A stretch of 61,316 nt of DNA, taken from positions 104,462,017 through 104,523,332 of the forward strand of contig NC_068982.1 in NCBI RefSeq assembly GCF_001194135.2, given 5' to 3'. Every line of letters starts with the position of its first letter. The first letter of the stretch is position 1. Positions 51,465-61,316 of this stretch are shown here, one piece after another. Source of the DNA: Octopus bimaculoides (taxonomy: Eukaryota). The position numbers and the translations under genes were made by a program. A model generated the notes under the pieces. That model was not told the origin of the DNA. It made no database searches and was given only the letters and a program-made list of their open reading frames with translations.

Positions 51465-52165
51465 TTAAATTTCCAAACAATTTCCATATACCAAATTCAC
51501 CCAGAAGGCATTGGGCAGCCCATGGTTATAGATACTTACCTAAGATGCCATGCAGTGGACTGAACCTGAAGCCACACAGCCATGCCTGCACCTTGTTGAC
51601 AATATCCAAATTGTTTTTGTACACATCTAGTCCTTGCTAGCTTTGAAAAGCAGTTGAAAAAATAAATTAATCTTTTAACTTTTTTATCTTTTACTTGTTT
51701 CAATCATTTGACTACAGCCATGCTGGAGCACCACTTTGAATGGTTTTAGTCAAACAAATTGACCCCAAGATTTATTTTAAACCTAGTACTTATTCTATTG
51801 GTCTCTTTTGCCTAACCATTAAGTTACAGGCATATAAGCACACCAACACCAGTTGTCAAGTTGTGATAGGGGACAAATACACACACACACACACACACAT
51901 ATATGTATGACAAATTTCTTTCAGTTTCCGTCTACCTAATCCACTAACAAGGCTTTGGTCAGTTCGTGACTGTAGTAGAAAACATTTGCCCAAGGTGCCA
52001 CAGTGTGGGACTGAACCTGGAACCATGTGGTTGGGAAGCAAGCTTCTTACCACACAGCCACATCTGCACCTATTAATAATTTCATCAAAGAATTTTTAGA
52101 AATCCAATATGTTTCTCACAAAATTAATATCATAAAAATAAAGATGACTATATTTCTCTTTTCAG

Positions 52166-52390
52166 GATCGAAATCAAGCAGCACTAACTGTACTGTGTAA
52201 CCATGTTGTTGTGTGCTTATTTGCCGAAGCATCATCTCCGCTCATTGGTTTGAGGAATTTAGTCATGCCATTACGAGCAAGTAATTTTCACTACCATGAA
52301 CTCAAACATGTAGTTGTTGTTGGAGATCTTGAATATCTCTGTAGAGAATGGAAAATGCTTCAGAACTTTCCAAAAATATCAATATTACCA
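52166..52390 (+). CDS. slo: slowpoke exon, RCK2 (phase 0-0): [75 protein letters not shown]
   Basis: [23 protein letters not shown] is diagnostic of Slo1. Acceptor ctcttttcAG, donor GTAAGT, 225 nt. Confidence 0.98.
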
Positions 52391-53009
52391 GTAAGTATTT
52401 AGTTAATAATCATTTGTTAATGTGTGTATACTAAGAGTAGCTACTAACTACAGGGAAAATAAAAATACTTAAGTACTGTCCATCTGAAGATTTCAGACAG
52501 TTAGTACTTACTTTAATATATTAATATGACATTGTTATGAGTAATAATGGTTTCTATCACAGGCAAAACACTACTAATTTTAGAAACAATAGTCTATTGA
52601 ATTGACCCCAGTAATTGATATTTATTTTGTCAAACCCTTGAAGATTGACAGGCAAAGTTGAGCTCAGCAGGATTTCAACTCAGAATGTAAGAGAAATTAC
52701 TACAGTTGTTGCCCTTGTAACAAATTTTAAAATTATTAGTAGTATTATAGTTATTGTCTTTATTATGTAATCAGTGAACTTAAAGAGCTCTCCAATGCCT
52801 AATTTTCTCTAATGATTTGTTTGTAATATTTCCCTTACTTCAAGCAAGAGTTGTAATCAATTCTTATGTAGCAGAATAGATTTATGTGTATATCAGAAAA
52901 CAAATGTTATATATGTAATAATAATGATATAAATTGCATTTATTCTCATGTCTTATTTGGTTTTCTTCTCTCTATTGCCATTTGTGATTTTGTGCTTCTC
53001 TTTCCACAG

Positions 53010-53205
53010 GGCTCTCCTCTAAACAGAGCTAACTTACGTGCAGTAAATATTAATCTGTGTGATATGTGTGTGGTTCTATCAGCCAAAGATAAAAACTTAG
53101 ACGATCAGCATCTTGTAGATAAGGAGGCCATCCTCTGCTCACTCAATATCAAAGCTATGACATTTGATGATAGTATTGGCCTTATACAAGCTTCAGCCCC
53201 AACAG
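53010..53205 (+). CDS. slo: slowpoke exon, RCK2 (phase 0-1): [65 protein letters not shown](G)
   Basis: Matches Slo1 [20 protein letters not shown]...[18 protein letters not shown]. Acceptor ctctttccacAG, donor G/GTAGTT, 196 nt. Confidence 0.97.
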
Positions 53206-53818
53206 GTAGTTAAATTTTGGAAGTTTTGTTTTCTGTTCTTTGTTTGCTTTTGTTTCTTGCTTTATTTTTACTGGTATTTTCAGAGATATATTTCTACTGT
53301 TTATACTTTGTATTATTTTAGTCTTGTTGAGGACAGGACAATCTTTCTGGTGCTGATGCCAAGATAAAATGTATTCAACACACACTGTTAAGTGACTGGT
53401 CTTGGAAGGATATCCAGCCATAGAAATCATACCAAAAATAAAATTAATGAGACATGGTGCTCCAATCTGTCTATGAGAGCACTAATGCCAAATAAAAATT
53501 GACTTGGACAGTGACAGCACATCCCACCCATACTAATATGAACAATGGATATAAAACTAAGATAGTGTGTGTGTGTGTGTACTTTTTTCTAACCCTCATC
53601 TATGGCACAAAGCCATCTTGCTCAATGGGCTTCTGTACAATTCTTATCTTCCAAATTCCACTCGCAAGGTAATGCCCAATCCCAGACTATGATAGAAGAC
53701 ACTTATCCAGTACCATGCAATGGCATCAAACCAAGAACCATGTGGTTACTTAGGAAATTTTTTAACTAAACAACCATATCTGCCTTTGATTTACACCAGA
53801 TTTGAGAATACCAACCCT

Positions 53819-53855
<37 letters not shown>

Positions 53856-53948
53856 TATATTAGTTTTATATCCATTTTTATTTAATTGGATCATGACATT
53901 GATCTAATGATGCTACTTACATAGCTGAAGTCTTTTTTCTCTTTCCAG

Positions 53949-54047
53949 GTTTTCTTCCTCCTGGTTTCTCCCCAGTTGGTAACCAACAACATGCTCCTCG
54001 GAGAGGGTCACTATGTGGATCAAATGTTCCACTCATTACAGAATTAG
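53949..54047 (+). CDS. slo: slowpoke exon (phase 1-1): (G)FLPPGFSPVGNQQHAPRRGSLCGSNVPLITEL(A)
   Basis: RRGS...NVPxITEL resembles Drosophila Slo. Acceptor tttttctctttccAG, donor G/GTTTGT, 99 nt. Confidence 0.95.
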   Translation, partial: VFFLLVSPQLVTNNMLLGEGHYVDQMFHSLQN

Positions 54048-55555
54048 GTTTGTTGTTATATTTGTAATTTTGTTCTAAAAATGAATGTATAAAAACTATA
54101 AGTAAAACAACTAATGAATGGAAAAACAATTTTCAGTTGAAAAGTTCCTATCAAAAATAGATTTTGTTATAGAACTACTTCCTGAAAATTCCTATTTTTC
54201 ATAGATTCTTCCTAATTAAAATTTTTATTGACTTTCACTGCCCTTATTTATTTAATCAACAGTTTCAATTAAAAAAATATTACACAGAAAGACATAGGAA
54301 AAGTGCTAGTATTTGATAGGTTTACCATGGAGGTAAAATCTAAAGAAAGCTCTGATTGTCTGAAATAATGGTGAATTTTAGTTATCTTTGATGAGTTATT
54401 GCTAAAGTAATGTTACCTATTCTTAGAAGGTTACTATCCAATCTCTTTCCAAACCAAAAGTTTAAGAACAAAAATACATCAACTACAGTTTACAATTTAA
54501 CATTCTCCTTCCATGTCTTGTAAAAGCACAACTACTGTATCAATACAGTAAGTGTTATGTTTAAAGAAATATAGAGAATCATATCCATATATATATTTCA
54601 AGGCACAGTGAAATTAGATCCCAATCTGAAATATACATTGCAATTGCAATTTAAACATTAATGTTTTAACAGCACAAAAATACAATCATTACACATACCA
54701 TGAAAAAAATTATTGTATTTCCACTAAATATGAACAATATACAACTAATGCCAAGCCTTTCACATCCTCAGTGTAGTAAAGACAGTATCCCAAACACTGG
54801 TTTTCCTCTTTGGAACCTGACATTATTTTAACTCCCAAAAATTACTAATCCCATATAAAGTTCATGAGACTCACAATCTGGGATGATACTGCTACTATGC
54901 ATCAACATCCAGGGCAACATACAAAACAATACCACCTGATTGGTTTGCTTGAAGTCACTCACCAATACACTCTAATCTCTAACCCACAGATGTGCTGTTT
55001 TCTCTGCCACAATTACAATGACCCTTCTGTACCACTCCTAAGCTCTTTCATCTCCTTCCATCACCTATATTTCACTCACTCACCCCCAGGCTTTGCACTA
55101 CCCACTCTCCCAGCCTTTGCTCATTAAAATGGTAGTTTTCTGAAATACCAGCAGCATCAACTCCAGCAATTTTGCTGGTTTCAGGGGGTTTTCAAAAGAC
55201 AGAATAATTGCTTCCACCCAGCCAAACCAACAAAAAAAAAACTATCCATGTTGTAAACTTTTTCTTTGAAGAACCAAGGTCTACAGATATTTAATTGTCA
55301 GGGTTTATTCCTTACAAACCATTTGTGAGAGTTTTCTTCTCTACTTGCATCATTCCAATCATTAATATGGCCAGTGAGTTGTTATAAACCCTTGTGAAAT
55401 CACATTTACATGATAGAAAATGGATAGAAGCAGTTTCTTGCTTTATGAGCTTCAAATTGGCCCTCTTCTTGTGCAAGGAGTAGATATTCAATGCTATAAG
55501 AATCAATTAATTTTCTTTTTTATTATTATTCTCTAAAGAAAGAATTTTTAGCTGA

Positions 55556-55759
<204 letters not shown>

Positions 55760-56759
55760 TAAAGTAATTCATACAACACATTTTTTAATCTTTGGGCATG
55801 ACTGATAAACATTTTTAGCTCTATAGTTCTAACACTCACAGGACTGTATTAATTTATCTTTGTAGTTGCCACTAAAATCAGATGATATATGAGCTTAAAT
55901 TAGCATAACATTGTGAAACAGTTTGTAACATATACTGTAATTGAAAGATATGTTGTCTCACTCATATAGTCACGTAATTGCTACATTTTCTCCTCTAAAG
56001 ATTTCTGATAAGTTCTATTGCATTAACATGTAATAGTCTTATAGATAATCTTGAAAGCATACAGTCTTAAAAATTCATTAACCATTTCCAATTTTTGTTT
56101 CTTTCTTAAACTGTAAATGAACAATAAAAATTTTGTTCATATCAATTGTATGACTAAGCAAGTTGCCACAATAGAAACTGGACCTGTCTTTAACAATGTT
56201 CCTCATTTGCTTTTCATAAAACAAATGCTATAATTGTTTTAGGGCAGCTAAAGATTAATATGGGCTTTTCCTTTCTTTTTAACAATTTTTTTTGTCTTTA
56301 GAATGTTTAGTTTACTTAAAATATTCTTTAATGACTTAGAGAAGAAACAGTAGTGTTGACCATTCTTTTCAGGACCTCCAAAATTGGCAGGAGGAAAGGT
56401 GGCCTGAATGCTTGTATTATGGCAGATTAATACTTGTATTGTGGCCTGACCTGAATGCTTGTATTATGGTAGATTCCTAAACCAGGTAGTGATATTAATA
56501 CAGGCGATTGATCAAGTCTACCATTGAAGAACAGAAATGATCCTTTCAATAGACTTAAACATTGCTAACAGCTATCAAATTCCACTCTGACAATTTTGGT
56601 TGGCCTGAAGCTACAGTCATAGATCCTTGCCCAAGATACTGTGTCATGGGATCAAATTCAAAACCATATAGTTGTGAAGCAAACTTCTTAACCACCCAAC
56701 CATGCTTGCACTGAAATTGTGTGGAAGTTGTTATTTCAAATCATGTTTAAAATAGGGTA

Positions 56760-57170
56760 AATGACTGATGGAGGGTATTCATCTGGTAACAAATCTCTGA
56801 ACAGCTTCCAGAGGATTGATATTCTGAACAAGATGGGTTTTTCCAAATTGTGTGGCTGTACCATAGCCATATATAGTTTTAAATAGATGGCTAGTTAACA
56901 AAGATCACACTTAGTGATGCTAAGACACTTTTGACCTTTTTAACAATGTTAGAAATGCCATTTAGCCAGTGCAGGTCATTGTTGCCAGTAATGCCAATGT
57001 CATGTTCATAAGGCAGATGTTGTGAAGGAAGTAGGTAAATTCCTGGTTTTTCCTCCCAAAATATATAGTGGTGCACTTGTCTACAGGCAGATTGATTCAC
57101 CAGTCAGCAATCTGTTGCTTCATTTTGTCCAGATCACTTTGCAGGAAGATCTATATCATGAAAAGAACAG
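56760..57170 (-). mobile_element. 3' fragment of the same CR1-clade LINE family
   Basis: Visible similarity to 28580-29040: gaggtattcatctggt, gagtaggtaaattc, gcaggaaagatcta. Confidence 0.65.
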
Positions 57171-57343
57171 ATTCTGTATACTATAGATCATATGATTACA
57201 ATCATATGATCTCTATCGCATGCAATAAAATTGTTACACATCTGTAAAAATGTTAATTGATATGTTGCAATACCACTTTGTTATAATATTGGTAAAGCAA
57301 TGACATTTATGCCAAAATGTAATCTCTTCCATTTCTTTGACAG

Positions 57344-57538
57344 AGTTACTTTAATGATAATGCACTAACATTGATCCGAACTTTAATTACTGGTGGTGCT
57401 ACTCCAGAACTAGAGCAGATTCTGGCTGAAGGAGCAGGAATGAGAGGTGGTTACAGCACTCCAAGTATCTTGGCTAACAGAGACAGATGTCGAGTTGCAC
57501 AGATTTCATTATATGAAGGGCCACTAGCTCAATATGGG
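57344..57538 (+). CDS. slo: slowpoke exon (phase 0-0): [65 protein letters not shown]
   Basis: Slo1 [23 protein letters not shown]...GGYST...NRDRCRV motif. Acceptor tttctttgacAG, donor GGG/GTGAGT, 195 nt. Confidence 0.98.
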
Positions 57539-58509
57539 GTGAGTCATATGTTTGTGCTTTTACATTGTCTATGTCTGTGTTATCAGCTATATAGTCCCAA
57601 GACTAATAGTTGTCTAGAATGTTACCAGAAGCTAAAACATAATCTTCATTTAAATTTCTTTTAAATTGTGGTTTTGTCATCTTTGCATATTTATGTAAAC
57701 TTTTTCTTAGTGCTTTTAATTAATGTGAAGGAGATGAGCTAATTCAGTTATAGGTTTAATCCTAAGGTCATTGCCTAATATATATTCCTAGTTGGTAAAA
57801 TTGTGGCCTGTTGCATTTAGAGTTGATGGCTCATATCCGAGCATCATTATTCAAATTGATTCTTGGCAGTGGTACTTTGCTCTCAAAAGTCCACTATACT
57901 TTCACTTGGTGGCACATGAGTTACTATCTATGACACTAAATAACAGAGGAATGTTTTTTTAGCTAGGTGTATTGAGTTCAAATTCTCTTGCAGAAACTCA
58001 CATTCAGAGAGAAAGATTGCATTGAAATTTTTATCATTAAATATGAGATCAATTATATATTATCCACCACATATTTAAGACAGAATCCAATAAAGGCTCC
58101 ACTGCATAACCACTTAGACTGCTAGAAGAACAGCCAAATCTTCTTCAAATCACTTTTAAGAATGGAAAGAAAATATTCAATAATAGTGTCGTCCCTGATA
58201 TTCAAAAAGATATGGTGGCTGTGGTTGGAACATCTTTCCCTATATGCCTCCTCAATCAAGGTTGACCTGAGGCTGAACAATGGCAACAATCTTCATTAAA
58301 GAGATCTGCTCAAAATATATGCTCTGAATCCTTGTACTCTGTTGTATATCCATCTCACTCATCATTTCTATAAATACATTCCATCTGAACTATGCAGTGA
58401 CTGAATCATGAGAAATTACAAATAAACCTCATGGTGCTAATTACAGTGTATTCAATACATAATGCGAAGTAGTCAACGAGTGAACATTTATTGTTGTATT
58501 ATTCTTCAG

Positions 58510-58680
58510 GAAAGTGGCCGTTATGGAGATTTGTTTTTAGCTGCTCTTCGAAATTTTGGCATATTATGTATTGGTCTCTACCGGTTCCGGGATACTAGCG
58601 CTACTGTGAAAAGTCCATCATCAAAACGTTATGTTATAACGAACCCATCACAAGAATTCCCTCTATTAGCTACAGACCAG
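58510..58680 (+). CDS. slo: slowpoke penultimate coding exon (phase 0-0): [57 protein letters not shown]
   Basis: Slo1 YGDLF...[10 protein letters not shown]...KRYVITNP motif. Acceptor tattcttcAG, donor CAG/GTAATT, 171 nt. No terminal exon is recognisable before the window end. Confidence 0.97.
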
Positions 58681-59193
58681 GTAATTAATTTTGTATTCAA
58701 TTGTTATTATAATGAATAATAATAATATTATTATTACTTGTTATTTTTATTATACCATTGTATATTTTATCAATGAATATCAGCAAGAAAATATTTTCAC
58801 CTCTTTCGAATTTTGTAGCTTTAATTTTCATTTATTTACTTTTTACTTTCTTAGTTTTTTTATTTTCTATTATTTATTTACTTTGCAACAAACTACAGCA
58901 ACATGACTTTCTAATATCATTAGCAAACTGAACATTTAAAAAGTGGTGAAAAAAGCAAAGCATAAATGAAAGATGAAACCAAATATATTTTAGTGATTTT
59001 CTATTGATTTTATCAATTAGTTATTTGCCATACTTTGCTCTTTTTGTTTTTTTGTTTTTTCCTTTTTTTTTTCTGAATCACACACAAACATGCTGTTTTT
59101 GCATAATAATACATGTTTAAAAAACAACAGAATTTAGTATCCATTCAAACGTTTAATGATAACTCATATGTTTATTACACAATAAATAAATGT

Positions 59194-59232
<39 letters not shown>

Positions 59233-60989
59233 ATCTAAAATTAAAGTTTAAATACAAGACTTTAAAATGTAATATCCAAACCTTGTTTTGGGTATGTCCC
59301 TTGTTGTGTGCCTTGAGAGCACGCTCACCACTTACAGCTTCCAGGTGTCATCCATGGTACTGCACCTTCATAGCAGGATCTACATAAAGAATTCCTTGGT
59401 GCATGTTTAGTATATTTTAAATTATAGATAGGGAAAACAGAGTGCACTGTAAGCTTTATTTAGCATGATGATCATTTCAGCTTACATCTGCAGATGTATA
59501 TATACATACATACATACATACATACATACATTATGATTTCACTGAGACATAGCAATACTGATAACCAATTGTTAGAATTCAATATACTTATACTTTAGAA
59601 TAAAATATTAGCCGAGTACAAAGCATATTATTAATTTATTAAATGAAGCTGTTTCTGAAATGAGAAACAGTGCACTCAGAGGTGAGTGCTTATGCAACAT
59701 CTTATTTCAGAAAACATTTAAATACATGTAAACTAATGAAGTTGGTGACGTAATTCCTATTCATTTGTCATTCAATAATTGATATATTTGGTTTGAATGG
59801 AATTCAGTGTGACAGTTAGACCATATTCTATTATATTTGCTGTAGTACTGTATATGATAAGCTCATGATTGTTATTATAAGATTCTACCTAGATAGCAAT
59901 AATATAAAGTGCATTTAGTTATTATAGAAATATTGTTAGTCAATGAAGTAATTCTATGAGAATACTCATCCTACAAGTGAAACTCTAAAAAACATTTATG
60001 TTGTAGCTATTTTAATGTTGAGGCAACAAACTGGCAAAGGCAATAAATTATTGGATACAATACCTTATGGTATTTATTCCAACACTTTGCATTTTCAGTT
60101 GAAAGCCCACTGAAGTCAGTTTTGTTATTTGTACTTTCGACTTATTTAAGCTCTCCACTCCTTATGGAACAGAGGTCATCAATGACCATTCTCTATTGTT
60201 CTTGATTCTGGGTTGTCTTTTCCTTAAGGTGTGGCCTATCCCTGGGGGAAGACTTTCTTCTAGGTGTTGTAGGTTTTGAATTGTCATCAATGTGTTGGAG
60301 CTATGCAAACCCATTTTTACTTTTCAAAAGAAGTAGTCCACTTTAGTCTGCTCTCTCTCCTTTGATCTATCTAGCATGGGAGGCCCTACCAGAAGCTTGT
60401 ATCCCACTAGCTTAGCTCTCAGTCATTGAATCACACAAGCCACCACACTGTAACATGGACTGGACCTAGAGACAGTCATACTTTCAACGTAGATAAAAAA
60501 AAATCATCCAAAGGGTTGGACAAAATACCTTGCAGTATCTTATCTGATTCTTTGCATTCCATCATCAACTCTTGTGACAACACTTGTGCCAAGCTGAATA
60601 ATCCCGTATTGACAGCTGTTTCTTGGGATAAACATCAGTAGCATGGAGAGAGAAGACTTGCATGTATTTGCAGTTGTGTGAAAGACTATCATTGATAAAT
60701 CCAAGTGTTTTATGAATAATTAGATATGTCAATACTCATAGAATGTATGAATTAGAATATGTATAATTTATTTTGTATTCCCCATAAATTCACTAACTTG
60801 GAATTCATGGATGTAAAAGTGTGTGTATCATTTTCCCTAAGAAATCATATTTTGAAAGTTCTCACTTATTGAATACTCTGAAATATTTATTATAATCCAT
60901 AATCTTCATAGGATAATTCTATAATTCAATATTGTTTTCTATAAAAATAAGAACTAAATAAGATTTTACAGTTCTATATTTAAGAGATG

Positions 60990-61162
60990 AGGAATTATTT
61001 ACATTATTTACATTATCTACATTTGACGGATATTCGTCCTCATCTTGTTTGTTGTTAACACAACGTTTCGGCTGATATACCCTCCAGCCTTCGTCAGGTG
61101 TCTTGGGGAAATTTCGAACCTGGGTTCTCATTCCTATCGATGTTACTATTATTATTATTATT

Positions 61163-61194
<32 letters not shown>

Positions 61195-61316
61195 CAGGTC
61201 GCTGCCGTGAATCGAACTCGGAACCTTGGGGTTAGTAGCCCGCGCTCTTAACCACTACGCCATATGCCCGTGGGCAATTATGGGGTGAATTTTAAGGCTT
61301 ATAAATCTATTATTTT
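60990..61316 (-). mobile_element. Penelope-derived tRNA-head/(AAT)n/hammerhead element, copy 3 (runs off the window end)
   Basis: Reverse complement of the same module: end of the GIY-YIG ORF, tRNA-like head ~61198-61268, (ATT)n, hammerhead 61057-61102. CpGs are retained, so it looks young. Confidence 0.85.
61057..61102 (-). ncRNA. Minimal type I hammerhead ribozyme motif with intact core
   Basis: Minus strand reads GACAC-CUGACGA-A-GGCUG-gagggUAUAU-CAGCC-GAAA-CGUU-GUGUU. Stem I is GACAC/GUGUU, stem II is GGCUG/CAGCC, and stem III is the loopless palindrome AACGUU, as in PLE-associated minimal hammerheads. Confidence 0.75.

Noticed and set aside
59190-59400. GC-richer stretch that might be the slo terminal exon
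   Set aside because: No frame gives the expected VFVLxQF-type continuation after TDQ. The last exon is presumed to lie beyond 61316.

Overview
AT-rich, repeat-dense eukaryotic DNA with scaffold N-gaps. The repeat repertoire and gene style suggest an Octopus (coleoid cephalopod) assembly; this is inference. The window holds the 3' coding half of one + strand gene, the BK Ca2+-activated K+ channel slowpoke (slo/KCNMA1). Seven RCK2/Ca-bowl exons (49880-58680) splice in frame with canonical AG/GT sites, and a probable RCK1-RCK2 linker exon lies at 13920-14010. The 5' exons and the terminal exon are outside the window. The ~36-kb intron between the linker exon and RCK2 holds at least two frame-preserving candidate cassette exons (90 nt and 36 nt). 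Introns contain decayed transposons (mariner, Chapaev3-like, CR1, RTE, R4-type LINE), two tRNA-derived SINE families and several foldback elements. The most unusual signal is a composite element present three times (9.3, 26.9-27.8 and 61 kb): Penelope GIY-YIG C-terminus, tRNA-like Pol III A/B-box head, (AAT)n, then a minimal type I hammerhead ribozyme. One copy has an intact catalytic core and another starts exactly at the tRNA 5' end, suggesting a Penelope-mobilised, ribozyme-bearing SINE or retrozyme. All of this was read manually; no database searches or folding programs were run, and repeat boundaries are approximate.
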